From Malacoraja senta (Eukaryota): a stretch of DNA of 64,000 nucleotides. The stretch covers positions 186,001 to 250,000 of the forward strand of contig JAXLNO010000230.1 in the NCBI GenBank assembly GCA_038087875.1, read 5' to 3'. The translations under genes and the position numbers were made by a program. Below the pieces are notes generated by a model. The model had not been told where the DNA came from. It ran no database searches and saw only the letters and a list, made by a program, of their open reading frames with translations. Shown here piece after piece: positions 11,486 through 24,816 of the stretch (positions within the stretch are counted from its first letter, which is position 1; each line of letters begins with the position of its first letter).

Positions 11486-14400
11486 AGCAATGTTACAAAA
11501 TTTTGAGATTTAAAAAATCAAGTCTGCAATTTATCCCATCAGATAAAGCATAAAAATAAGTTTAATTTGACACCTAATTCACTTTCATATCTTCAGTATT
11601 AAAAAAGTGATGGCCATTTTCATACTCGGAAATTAGCATCTTGTTCCATATTGCTTTTCCATTGACTGAACACAAAAGCTGTGATCTAGGACAGTCAAAA
11701 GCCCATAACTTTCTTAAAAATTAAGAGTGAAATAAAATTTCAGTTATTATAGATTGCATTCTGAAACAAATATGAAACAATCTTACTTGGTTGACCTGAA
11801 TATAAAGCATATAATTAGTTAGTTACCTAATTGTAGCTAATTACAAAATTCAATTACTAGATCTAAGCATCTATCCATTTCTTAAGAATAGATTAACATT
11901 TTAAAATAGCCTAAGTGTCCAAATAATATTCACACAAGAATTCACAATATAACATGATTTTTAAATCTCATTGTCATGAATTTATAGGCCAAATGGAAGG
12001 AATTTAGTGTTTAATTCCCGTAAATTAATGGCCATTTTAATCATCTTGCGAGTGGGATTTTGTGGAATGCGATCGATTGGAACGTTGCGGTTGCGGTGAA
12101 TTTAAACCCCATATCGGCAGGAAAAATACTGCCGGTTCGTATGGGGCCCAAGTCACCTTTTCGCAACGTAAAATTTGGATTAAAGGCATCCTAAGAAGCA
12201 CGTTTATATGTAAAATAAACGTCTTTCCTTTACCTGTCCCGTACGTGAAATCCGTCCCCGTTGTCGGCGTTCACGGCATTAGAAGCTGATTTTCATTTTA
12301 CTCCAGCGCTGATTTATTGGAGGTAAATACATATCATATTAAAGTCGTTACCAGTCTTACATTTTTTAATTAATAATATTGTCAAATATTATTACATTGT
12401 CTTCAATACTTTTTTTTACTTAAAAAACCCCAACCTAAATAGAACTAAAAAAGATGAAATAAAGAAAGAAAAGAGAGAAAAGAAAAGAAAAAAAAAGAAA
12501 AAAAAGGAAACAAAGAAAACAAAAAAGAAAGAGATGATAAAGAAGAATGGAATAACTTACTAAGATAAAAAACTTCATTCGAGATATATTCGTACATTTC
12601 AGAATATAACATTTCATCTATTCCTTGGCTCGAGTGCTAGTCAGGTTCTCGTGCTGAACCGTTCTGACCCTTTAGATAATCAATAAAGGGAGACCATGTT
12701 CCAGCAAACAGTTCTTGTTTGTCGAACAGGACAAGTCTAATTCTTTCCAAGTGTAAGGTCTCCGTCATTTCTATAATCCACATTTTAATTGTGGGGGTTA
12801 TAGGGCCTTTCAAAAATTTTAGAATTCATTTTTTCCCAGTTATTATACTATAATTAATAAAGTTTCTTTGAGTTGTTGTAAATGTTTGATTTAGTTCTAA
12901 TGTTCCTAGTATTATTAATTTTGGATCCGGGTCTAATTGAGTGCTGGTCACTTTAGATATTATTCTGAAAATATTTGCCCAGAATTTTTTAATTTTTATG
13001 CAATTTGCAAACATATGAGATGTTAGCTTCTAAATGTTGACATTTATCACATATAGGTGAAATATGTGGGAAGATTTTATTTAATTTTGTTTTAGAATAA
13101 TGTAACCTGTGTATTACTTTAAATTGTATTAGAGAGTGTCTGGCATTTAATGAACATTGATGTATGTGTTGTAAACTTTCTTCCCAAGTATCTTTCGTTA
13201 TTATTTGATTTAGTTCTTTTTCCCATGTTTGTCTATGTAAGTCCGTCGATGGGATATCGCTGTCTAATAAAATATTATATATATAAGATATTAATTTTTC
13301 TGTATTAGGATGTTTATTCCAACAGTCGTCAAGAATTTCTGAATTTCTAATTCTAAAGTTTTGAGTATTTGCTTTTACATAAGTTGAAGATATCTGAAAA
13401 AATCATTTACTTGAAGTCCATAAGTTTGCTGCAACTCCTGAAATGAAAGAAAAGTACCTTCCTTGTAAAGTTGTCCCATCTTTTTAATTCCATAGTTTTT
13501 CCATTGTGTAAAACCTTTGTCCAACCATGAGGGCTTAAACAAAGGATTATTCACAATTGGAAGAAAAAGTGATAAGTTATCTAATTTTAATGTCTTTTTT
13601 AATTGTTTCCAAATTCGCATAGCACTATATATTATAGGATTTTCCCTATAATTTTTTTTGTATAATTTAGTAGCAAATAGTATCGAGTCGATTTCAAAAG
13701 GTGAACAATCTTCCTTTTCCATTTTTAACCAATCTGCTTGTTGATCTATTTCTTCCAACCAAAAATTCATATTTTTAATGTTAACTGCCCAAAAATAAAA
13801 CAAAAAGTTTGGTAAAACCAAGCCTCCATTTATTTTTGATTTGCACAGATGTTTTTTGCTTATCCTATGATTCTTATAATCCCAGATAAAGTCACTGACA
13901 ATGGAATCCAACTTAAAAAAAAAGTTTTTTGACAAGTATATCGGAATTGTTTGAAAAAGGTATAATATTTGCGGTAAGAAAATCATTTTTATGGCATTAA
14001 TTTTACCAACCATTGAGATAGGAAGTGTTTTCCAATACTGAATATTCTTATTTAGTTTATTCAGTAATGGGGGAAAATTTGCTTTAAATAATGATGTATA
14101 TGTCTTAGTGACATAAATGCCTAGGTATTTGAATTTTTCGTTTACTATTTTAAACGGAAATTGTTGTATTATATGTTTATTATGTTCCCTTATTGGCATA
14201 ATTTCGCTTTTATTCCAATTTATTCTGTATCCAGAGAGTGAACCAAATTGGGTTATTAGCTTTAATAAATTTGGGATACTAATTTCTGGTTTTGTAATGT
14301 AAATTAATACATCATCTGCGTATAGAGAAATTTTATTCACTGTATCCTTTGTGTTATACCCATATATTTCCAGATGAGTCCTAACTCTTTCTGCGAGTGG

Positions 14401-15066
14401 CTCAATAACAAGTGCAAATAATAATGGAGACAACGGGCATCCTTGTCTGCAACCTCTAGATAGGTTAAATTTAGATGATAACCTTTGGTTTGTTAATATT
14501 CTAGCCGTAGGGTTGGTATATAACAGTTTTATCCATGCGCGGAATTTCTCGCCCAGCTGCAATTTTTCCATCACCGAAAATAAATAGGGCCATTCGACCT
14601 GATCAAAAGCTTTTTCAGCATCAAGTGAGATTATTGCTAGATCTTCATTAATAATTCTCTTTGAATATATTATATTAAATAATCTTCTTAGATGATAATA
14701 TGAATACCGTTTCTGAATAAAGCCTGTTTGGTCAGGGTGTATTAATTTATTCATCACTGTACTTAATCTGTGCGCTAAAATTTTAGTTAGTATTTTCTGA
14801 TCTGTATTTAAAAGTGCAATTGCTCTATATGATCCTGGATCTTCCGGATCCAGCGTTGAAATTGTCCCGCGGTTTAAAAAAAAAATTTCACAGACCGGCA
14901 GTCGGAACAATTCTTCAGCAAAAGCTGGAGCCCGAGAAAATAAAACTCCGGCAGGCTGGAGAAAACCGCATTTTAACCCCGCCCCCCCCCTCAAAGGCGC
15001 CAATGTCGCGCACATGGCCAGTGACAGAACTGCAGCGCCGCTGAAGGTAAGTTTTGTAACATACCT
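11486..15066. mobile_element. Non-autonomous TIR DNA transposon (superfamily unresolved), interrupted by L1
   Basis: TIRs AGCAATGTTACAAAA / TTTTGTAACATACCT; flanking direct repeat ACCTAATCT at 11477-11485 and 15067-15075; inserted in a degraded CR1. Confidence 0.8.
12313..14848 (-). mobile_element. L1-clade LINE, 5'-truncated, RT domain open
   Basis: DPGSYRAIALLNTD, IHPDQTGF, SLDAEKAFD, GCRQGCPLSPLLF, LYADD, YLGI. TSD TCCAGCG(C/T)TGA at 12302-12312 and 14849-14859; AATAAA at the 3' end. Confidence 0.93.
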
Positions 15067-15445
15067 ACCTAATCTGCTGCGCAGAACCTGAGAAAATACA
15101 CAATTATATCAGAAAGACGTGTAGACTTTCATTAAAATTATTCCTGGTTTCAAAAAGGTAGGCAATAACAATCAGTGTATTCCATTACGTGCTTGACTTG
15201 TGCCTTCTAGATATGGGAAAGGTTTAGTGATATTAGACAATGAGCCACTTGACACAGGTCGCCTGGCCTCTGTTCAGCTTTGAAAGCAGGTATTTATGTG
15301 GTTGCTCCAATTGATTTTCTGGATGATGGTGACTCCCGGGGTGAAAATGGTTGGCGACTTAAAGGTAGTGATACTATTCAGTCAAGGATATGGGATGAAA
15401 CTCATTCCTGTTCGAGATGATCATTGCCTGGCTCTTGTTTAATTG

Positions 15446-15830
15446 TGTAGGGAACAACTGCAGATGCTGTTTTAAACTAGAGACAGACACAAAAAGCTGT
15501 AGTAACTCCGCCGGTCAGGCAGCATCTCTGGAGAAAAGGAATAGATGCTCCTGTGATACTGCCTGACCCGCTGAGTTACTGCAGCTTTTTGTGTCTGTCT
15601 TGTATGATTGTAGTGTATTGTACCAAACGTATGTTAGACTGCCTTTTCCTCCAACATGACCATTGAAATGAGAGTAAGAAACCATGGATAGACAGGTCAG
15701 AATGTGAGTGAGATGGAGAGTTCAACTGATAGCCAACTAGAAGGTAATCCTTGTAAACTGAATGAAAAAGTTCTGCAAAGCAGTAATCCAATCTGCTGTT
15801 AGTTTCCCCATTGTGGAGAAGACAGCGAGA
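15446..15830 (-). mobile_element. Penelope-derived fold-back repeat plus GIY-YIG remnant
   Basis: Inverted terminal-repeat halves at about 15480-15600; remnant NSPSHSHSDLSI. Confidence 0.65.
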
Positions 15831-16929
15831 TATGTGCTATATTGGATGAGGTACATGGAAAATTTGTTTGCACCTCGATGCTGGAAAGAGCATAGGTCAA
15901 GTGTCAGTAGTTGCAAGTCAAGTCGAGTTTATTGTCAATTGCACAAATCCATTGAAATGAAGATACCATGAACGTTTTATTTGCCTCAGCATCACAAGGC
16001 ACATAGACTGAGACAGCGCACAATAGTTTACATTATACATAAATTACATACAAATTCTACAGTGAAAAGAGAGACTACAAAAAAAACAAGACATATGTGC
16101 AAAATACAATTGGAAACCAAGTCCATGGTAGTGCAAAAGGTGGCCTGCAGTGTTCCGTTGCCAAGATAGGTAAAGAGAGCCACCCCTTCAGAATAGTGAA
16201 AGGGGAGATGACTGTATCTGCTAGAGTGTCATCATTCTGAAGGTGCAGAATTTAGATTGATCGTGTTTGATGAGCTGGAAGGCGATAACAAGAGAAACTG
16301 TATTCTTATTCTGGTGGGAGAAGAGATGTCCAGAACAGAAATGCAGGAAATGGAATAGATATGGTTGAGAGCCTTTTGGCAATGGTGGAGGGGAGAGAAT
16401 GGTGAAAGCAAATGGAACAGATCTTGGAACCACTGATGTAGAAAATTTCATTTTCAGAATGGATACAACAGAGCATTAGAAACTGGAAGAATGGAATTGA
16501 GTCCTTTGAGGAAGCAATGTGCAGGTGTTGTCAAGATAGATATGTGATTCCACAGGCTTGTCAAATATTTTACTGGATTGTCTATCCCGTAGGAATTTCT
16601 TTGTAAGAACAGGATTAAAGGTCAATATAAATAAACATTTATCTGCAGTAACTTCAAGACAAACCATCTTTACTATTTTGTCAATCAGCGCCATACCTTT
16701 TTTTATTTGCTGAGGAGCATTGTTATCGAAACTGCTCTTAATATATTTTGGATCTTGCATTACCCAGAGGTTGCCTCCTATCTGCTATTTTAGTTCCTTT
16801 GATTTGCAAAGTTTGACCTAATCAAAATGTAGCTATTTTCATGCCAATAAAAAGTTTTCGATGGTTGTAAATTCCATGTCATCCATAAATAACATGTTGC
16901 TCCGATGTTTGCAAAAATGGCAAAGATTT

Positions 16930-19770
16930 AAAGATCACATGGATGAACTCCAAAAATTGTTCATCCCTGTCAGGCGAAAAAAAAGGGAAATCAAGGATGG
17001 TGTTAAATCCAAGGAAGAAGCATATAAATTGGCCAGAGGAAGCAGCAAACCGGAGGACTGGGTGAAATTTAGAATTCAACAGAGGAGGACAAAGGGGTTA
17101 ATTAAGAGGGGGGAAAAAAGAGCATGAAAGAAAGCTTGCGGGAAATATAAAAACTGACTGTAAAAGCTTCTTTAGATATGTAAAAAGGAAAAGATGTGAA
17201 GTGAAGACAAATGTAGGTCCCTTACAATCAGAGACAGGTGAATTTATAATGGAGAAACAAGGAAATGGCAGAACAGTTAAACGAGTACTTTTCACTAAAG
17301 AAGACACAAACAATCTCCCAGAAATACTAGGGGACCGAGGATCTAGTGGGAGGGAGGAACTGAAGGAAATCCACATTAGTTAGGAAATGGTGTTAGGTAA
17401 ACTAATAGGAATGAAGGCAGATAAATTCCCAAGGCCTGATGGACTGCATCCCAGAGTACTCAAGGAGGTGGTCCTAGAAATCGCGGCTGCATTGATGATC
17501 ATTTTCCAATGTTCTATAGACTGGATCAGTTCCTGTGGACTGGAGGGTAGCTAATGTAACTCCTCTTTTTAAGAAAGGAGGGAGAGAGAAAACGGGAAAT
17601 TATAGACCAGTTAGCCTTATGGGCCTGTCCCACTTTGGCGACTTTCTAGGCGAGTGCAGGATACCCTGCGCTCGCCACTTAGCCGCCACATGTTCGCTGG
17701 TGGTCTCTGGTGAGTCTCCTTCATGGTCGTGAGGAGTTCCTGCATTCTGGGAACTAGTCTCGTCCTCAGTATGGTCGCCTTAAAATTTTCAACATGTTGA
17801 AAAATGTTCTGCGACCAAAAATTGGTCGCCATGCAGATAATCAATAATCCTGTAGTCGTACGTGCAGTTGTAGAGGGGTCGCCATGTAGTTGTAGGTAGC
17901 CGTAGGTAGTTTTAGTTAATCGCCTTTGATGACCGGTGAATTTCATTGGCTCATTGGGGAAAAAAACGTAAGCAGGAGTTTTCAGAACCAAGGATAACCG
18001 ACCGGTAATGTTAAATGTCCACCAAACTTCACAGCTGTGTATCTCTGGCTTATTAAAAGTTCTCTGGCTTCTTAAAAGTTGTCTCCACTCCTTCTTACCC
18101 CCCTTCTCACCCCCCTTCTCCTCCCCCCCTCACCTTTGAAGGACTTACCGTACACAGTGCTAGCCGTCTTAATTACAGTGCCAACCTTCCTGTTCATCAC
18201 GGTGTGTGTCTGTATCACCTTGGCTTTGGACCGTGTGAATTTCAGACAGCGCTCCCCCCGCTTGCCCTGGCCCCCGCCTTTGCTGTGTGTGTGTGTGTGT
18301 TCCACTCTGACAGTCACAATTGCAGTTCCCGTTTTTTCAGGCGACTGCTGGCAACTTGACAGTCGCCGGCAGTCCGCTGAAAAATCGCCTGTGGCACAGG
18401 CCCATGACATCGGTAGTGGGGAAGATGCTTGAGTCGATTATTAAGATGTAATAGCAGTGCATTTGGAAAGCAGTGACAGGATCGGTCAAAGTCAGCATTG
18501 CTTTATGAAGGGGAAATCATGCCTGACTAATCTTCTGGAATTTTTTGAGGATGTAACATGTAGAATGGATAAGGGAGAGCCAGTAGATGTAGTGTATTTG
18601 GACTTTCAAAAAGCCTTTGACAAGGTCCCACACAAGAGATTAGTGTGCAGAATTAGAGCACATAGTATTGGGGGTAGGTATTGACATGGATAGAGAACTG
18701 GCTGGCAGACAGGAAGTAAAGAGTAGGAATTAACGAGTCCTTTTCAGAATGGCAGGCAGTGAATAGTGGGGTGCTGCAAGGCTCGGTGCTGGGACACCAG
18801 TTATTTACAATATATATCAATGATTTAGATGAGGGAATTAAATGTAACATCTCCAAGTTTGCGGATGACACAAAGCTGGGTGGCAGTGTGAGCTGTGAGG
18901 AGGATGCTATGAGGCTGTGGGGTGACTTGGATAGGTTGGGTGAGTGGGCAGATTCATTGCAGATACAGTAAAATATGGATAAATGTGAGGTTATCACTTT
19001 GGTGGCAAGAACAGGAAGGCAGATTATTATCTGAATGGTGTCAGATTAAGAAAAGGGGAGGTGCAAAGAGACCTGGGTGTGCTTGTACGTCAGTCATGAA
19101 AGTAAGCATGCAGGTACAGCAGGCAGTGAAGAAAGCTAATGGCATGTTGGCCTTCATTGCGAGAGGATTTTAGTTTAGGAGCACGGAGGTCCTAATGCAG
19201 TTGTACAAGGCTCTGGTGAGACCGCACCTTGAGTATTGTGTGCAATTTGTGTCTCTTAATTTGAGGAAGGACATTATTGTTATTGAGGGAGTGCAGCGTA
19301 GGTTCACCAGGTTAATTCCCAGGATGGCGGGACTGTCATGATGAAAGAATGAGTCGACTAGGGTTGTATTCACTGGAATTTAGAAGGATGAGAGGGAATC
19401 TTATAGAAACATATAAAATTCTTAAAGTATTGGACAGGCTAGATGCATTTAAAGTGTGCCCGATGTTGGGGGAGTCCGGAACCAGGGGTCACAGTTTAAG
19501 AATAAGGGGTCGGCCTTTTTGAACTGAGATGAGGAAAAACTTTTTCACTCAGAGAGTTATGAATCTGTGGAATTCTCTGCCACAGAAGGCAGTGGAATTC
19601 AATTCACAAGATGTTTTCAAGAGAGAGTTAGATGTAGCGCTTCGGGCTAAAGGAATCAATGAATATGGGGAAAAAGCAGGAACAGATTTTGGATGATCAT
19701 ATTGAATGGCGGTGCTGGCTCGAAGGGCTGAATGGCCTACTCCTGCACCTATTTTTCTATGTTTTTATGT
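16930..19770 (+). mobile_element. CR1 LINE, 5'-truncated and decayed, interrupted by a Harbinger MITE
   Basis: DWRVANVTPLFKKG, YLDFQKAFDKVPH, KFADDTKLGG; multiple stops; TTCTATGT tail. Confidence 0.93.
17620..18404. mobile_element. PIF/Harbinger-type MITE
   Basis: TIR TGGGCCTGTCCCAC / GTGGCACAGGCCCA; 3-bp flanks TTA and TGA. Removing it restores the CR1 sequence GTTAGCC-TGA-CATCGGTAG. Confidence 0.85.
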
Positions 19771-20683
19771 TCTATTTTTCTATGTTGGTTTAGTTGTCAA
19801 CATTTTTGATACTGATATTTTCAATAATCCTGTGTTTTTCTTATTTGTTATGTCAGGTATAATTATTTTCTATTCGCCCCAGTTGCTGTATACTATTTAA
19901 GTTTCCAAATGAAAACCATAGTTAATTGCCATTAATTGAATTACTGGCATATTTTATTCGGCACTTTAATCAATATCTGGAGGTATTAAATGCATTGAGT
20001 TCAGGCCAAATATGAATTCAAATCAAACAATGGTATAGAATAGGACATAACTGCACATAAATACATGTAGAGAGAAGAATGTTCTGCTTTCCCACTTCTG
20101 CAATCCTTGATCAACATATTGGAAAAATGAATTCTGTACCAAATTAAGTTGACATAATGGAATACGTGCATAATATGCACTGAAAACAGATAGTTATTGG
20201 CAGAAATTTATAACAAAAAAAGAGATAAGATTTCTACAGATGTAGCACATCCAGTTAAGGTTGGTGAGCAACTAGGCAGCTACTGTTAACCTGCATTGAT
20301 TTCCCTTATTGACCAACATCATCATTCTGAAAATATTAAATACGATTTCGATATTTTCTGAGAGGTAGTGCCCTTTTGTTCATCACTTTGCCATTCCAAG
20401 GGACAATGTTCTACTTCTCTCCACATCACTGTCTATATCTCTTGTTTCCCTTTCCCCTGCCTAGTCTTCCAATAGATTATACGGATTAATCTGATGTATT
20501 TTACCATGGCTATGACTCATCAATCAACTTCAAAGTTGTTTGTTGCCATATTCCCCAATGATATGTAATTGGAATGAGTACTTAAATTTGAATTCATTAG
20601 GTTGTTAAAACAAAATATATATTTATTGCTGTATGCAGTTGCAATGTTCACATGGGTTAATATTCGCCAAGATTATCCTCTGG

Positions 20684-21136
20684 GCAGTGGGCAAGTGCTA
20701 TAGACCTGCACGGGAAGGTAGACGCTCCCGCCCCCATGAGTCTCGGGCAGATGGGGCTCGTCAGCCTGGGAAGGCAGTCCATCTAGGAGAGGGAAAACTC
20801 TGATTTAAAACCTCCACTGCCTTGTGGCCATATCCAGTCATGGAAAAGGCTCCTGGAGTAAATCTCAAGAAAATTCGGATTCGGAGCCCCCTAAGGCAGT
20901 TCGTCGTTGGCTACAACCTCACTCTGGCAGCTCCTGCGACGGCGCTGGTGCCAAACTGTAACGGCCCTGCTGTTCCTTTGGCTCGATCAGCAACGTGGAG
21001 AGGGGGGACGTGCTGCATGGGCAACAGCCTGTCCTCCATATGACATCGCCCCAGGCTTGTATCTGACCACACATCACCTGAAAACTAGGATGCATCACCC
21101 ATGGTCAGTCATGACCGAGGGGGGGCCTACTACTAC
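20684..21136 (+). mobile_element. Non-autonomous RTE-related retroelement/SINE
   Basis: CTAGGAGAGGGAAAACTCTGATTTAAAACC resembles RTE 5' UTR sequence; (TAC)n tail; TSD TATC(C/G)TCTGG at 20674-20683 and 21137-21146. Confidence 0.6.
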
Positions 21137-22529
21137 TATCGTCTGGTATTCTAAAGTTTTTTTGTGTGTTTGTTTTAAGGTTGGTATGCAAGACATTAAT
21201 AGAAAAACATAATCACAGTTCATTAATGTTTTATTCTTGCACTTGGTTATCCTCCTTCTCTCATCCTTTGGTTTTCTTTTCGATATCACCGTTTTTATCT
21301 TAACTATATGCAATAATACAATTATTTTATTGCTTTATGACTTCACCTTGAACACAGTTGTAGTTTGTTGTTAAATTAAAAGCCTTACATTTGGTTTCAA
21401 TCATTTTTAACCATTCACAGCTGACTTGATTTGCAAAGCCATCTTATCAGCATTTTGCTTACCAACCCTCTCAAAGCTGACCAAATTTAACAAGAACTGA
21501 TTTTTCGCATAATCATATATTGATAGTGTTTTCTGTTGCGTTCGAGTGTTATTTTACTTATGGTAAATTGATCAGCAAGCTTATTTTCCTAGTTTGATTT
21601 CATGCATGATTTATTATTGCTTACTGTTCAAAATAATGTAGACATAATCAATAACAATCTTTTGTCTTGATAATATTTCAAAAGTTGGTGCTGCACATAA
21701 CTCTTGATTGTGACTGTTAAAATGAGTTGTTTTTGATTTTGGCTTTACAAAACGGGTTTAAAGAAAGTGAACCTGCAGAAACTAAGAAGGAACAAAATGG
21801 ATTGCTGATAGATTCATGATGTAAAAATTGTTTAAAGCATGTTGATCGAGTGATTGAAAGAAGAAAATACTATTTCAGTTCAGAAAATTGTATTTAAAAT
21901 ATCCACCCAAAATAAAGTTCTGGATGTTTTGCACTGAAATCAGATTAAAAATTCTTTAGCTTGTTAGCCCCATACTCTGCATGTCATTGATTTTTTTTAA
22001 ATCCTTTAGACGGTCCTCTACTGAGCAAAAAAACAAATACAGGAAGAACTCAGCGAGTCAGGCAGCACATGTGGAGGGAATGGACAGGCGATGTTTCAGG
22101 ACTCTAAATAAGGCTCCCAACCCAAAACATTGTCTGTCCATTCCTTCTACATATGCTACCTGACAAGCTGAGTTCCTCCAGCACTTAGTTTTTTGCTCAA
22201 GATTCTAGCATCTGCAGTTTCTTGTCTCCTATACCTCTACTGAATAAAAAAAACACCACCATAAAGCAGGTCAGATATCATCTGTATAGGGAGAAACAGT
22301 TAAGATTTCAGTACTATAATTTTTAAAAAGATGATTTTCATTGCCTTATTATACCTATGTGGTACATTCTTGCTGCACAGGGTTTTTGACTGGGTTACTG
22401 TGGTTGACTTGGTTAACACATTTTCAAACTTAAAATGGAGGTTATTTGTTTATTGATTATTTTTACTTGTACTTTCCAGTTTGATTTGTTACAAGTCCAG
22501 TGTTAACTATGTCGGATCAGCAATATTAG

Positions 22530-23080
22530 AATATTGTGGGTAGACTTTTTGGCATCAATTCCAGCAACATCAACCGACTCCAACTGGTCCAGAATGCAGC
22601 CGCCCGACTCATTACCCACACCAAATCCTGGCACCACATCACCCCAGTTCTCAAAGAACTTCACTGGCTTCCCATTTCCCACCGGATCATCTACAAAATC
22701 CTGGTCCTCACCTACAAAGCCCTCAACCACTTGGCCCCCCCTTATCTCACGGTCCCTCAGATCCACATCAGCTGGTCTCCTCTCCACTCCGAAATCAAAC
22801 CTCTGCACTTTTGGAGGCAGAGCCTTCTCCAGGGCAGCTCCCAGGCTCTGGAATTCCCTCCCACAACTGATCCGAAATTCTGAGTCCCTCACCATCTTCC
22901 AGTCCCGCCTCAAGACCCATCTCTTCACCTCTGCATACCCTTAGTCCCATGTTCCCCTCCCCTTTGCATCTCTGTCTTACTGCTCTATTTTGTTTTGTTT
23001 ATTCTTGACTCTCAATGTAAAGCGACTTTGAGTCCTGAAAAGCGCTATACAAATAAAATGTATTATTATTATTATTATCA
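22530..23080 (+). mobile_element. L2 LINE 3' fragment
   Basis: LQLVQNAAARL, HITPVLKELHWLP, GGRAFSRAAPRLWNSLP; 3' GTAAAGCGACTTTGAG...AAAGCGCTATA stem and (TAT)n tail. Confidence 0.92.
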
Positions 23081-23269
23081 GAGGAAAGGACGGCTAACGC
23101 TTAGCAACCTGAAAAATAGGTTCAGTGCCACTCGGGTGACCATTGTTGCTGCATTGACCTGAGGTGTATCTAAAATAAATAATCATAGCCCAAGGGTTTT
23201 GTATGATGTAGTCAAGTTACCCAAGTTTGCTAGAACAAGTCATGCACATGAAACAGCTGAGAAAATGTT

Positions 23270-23490
23270 GTATGAAGCAACTGCAGATGCTGGTTTAAAC
23301 CGAAGATAGACACAAAATGCTGGAGTAACTCAGCGGGACAGGCAGCATCTCTGGATAGAAAGAATGGGTGATGTTTTGGGTCAAGACCCATCTTCAGATT
23401 GAAGAAGGCTTTCGTCCCGAAATGTCACCCATTCCTTCTCTCCAGAGATGCTGCCTGCCCCGCTGAGTTACTCTAGCATTTTGTGTCTAA
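23270..23490. repeat. Palindromic (fold-back) Penelope terminal-repeat derivative
   Basis: About 90-bp arms GACACAAAATGCTGGAGTAACTCAGCGG...CCGCTGAGTTACTCTAGCATTTTGTGTC joined at CTTCAGATTGAAG. Related copies at about 22020-22230, 27028-27250, 27805-28065 and 57190-57875. Confidence 0.8.
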
Positions 23491-23867
23491 ACAGCTGAGA
23501 AAGCTTGAGATGACAGCAGTACACCTCTAGCTTTGCTGTCTGTCAAAACGTTCTAATTTTTCAAACTTCTGAATATCTTTCTTCCCCCACAGCCAAAAGA
23601 AAATTCCATTCAAGTGATTAAACTTGTGGCTCCTGTGACATGTGTAACTTGCTACAGGATCTATGAGCTGATTCCTCAGCATGAAACCTGAGGAATCTCA
23701 ACTCATTTGTGCATCTTTGCTGATTTCCATGTGGAGTCCAACAGTGATGTATGGTGACATGTTTTCCAGCAAATACCTGCCAGCAAATTCAGGACATGTG
23801 CACTGAGATTGTAAACCTCTGGTTGCTGACAAATAGAAGGCTTAATTGTGATAATTTGATAATAATG

Positions 23868-24816
23868 GAACATAGAAACATAGAAACATAGAAAATAGGT
23901 GCAGGAGGAGGCCATTCGGCCTTTCGAGCCAGCACCGCCAGTCATTGTGATCATGGCTGATCGTCCCTTATCAATAACCCATGCCTGCCTTCTCCCCATA
24001 TCCCTTGACTCCACAAGCCCCTAGAGCTCTATCTAACTCTCTCTTAAATCCATCCAGTGACTTGGCCTCCACTGCCCTCTGTGGCAGGGAATTCCATAAA
24101 TTCACAACTCTCTGGGTGAAAATGTTTTTTCTCACCTCAGTCTTAAATGACCTCCCCTTTATTCTAAAACTGTGGCCCCTGGTGCTGGACTCGCCCAACA
24201 TTGGGAACATTTTTCCTGCATCTAGCTTGTCCAGTCCTTTTTTATAGAATTGCAATTTTATATGTTTCTATAAGATCCCCCTCATCCTTCTAAACTCCAG
24301 TGAATACAAGCCTAGTCTTTTTAATCTTTCCTCATATGACAGTCCCGGCATCCCAGGGATCAATCTCGTGAACCTACGCTGCACTGCCTCAATCACAAGG
24401 ATGTCCTTCCTCAAATTAGGAGACCAAAACTGTACACAATACTCCAGATGTGGTCTCACCAGAGCCCTATACAACTGCAGAAGAACCTCTTTACTCCTAT
24501 ACTGAAATCCTCTTGTTATGAAGGCCAACATTCCATTAGCTTTCTTCACTGCCTGCTGTACCTGCACGCCAACTTTCAGTGACCGGTGTACAAGGACGCC
24601 CAGGTCTCGCTGCACCCCCCCCTTACCTAACCTAACCCCATTGAGATAATAATCTGCCCCCTTGTTTTTGCCGCCAAAGTGGATAACCTCACATTTATCT
24701 ATATTATACTGCATCTGCCACGCATCTGCACACTCACTCAACCTGTCCAGGTCACCCTGCAACCTCCTAACATCCTCTTCACCGTTCACACTGCCACCCA
24801 GCTTTGTTTCATCCGC
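23868..24816 (-). mobile_element. CR1 LINE 3' fragment
   Basis: ORF 24268-24789 ([29 protein letters not shown]); (ACATAGAA)n tail on the + strand. Confidence 0.93.
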
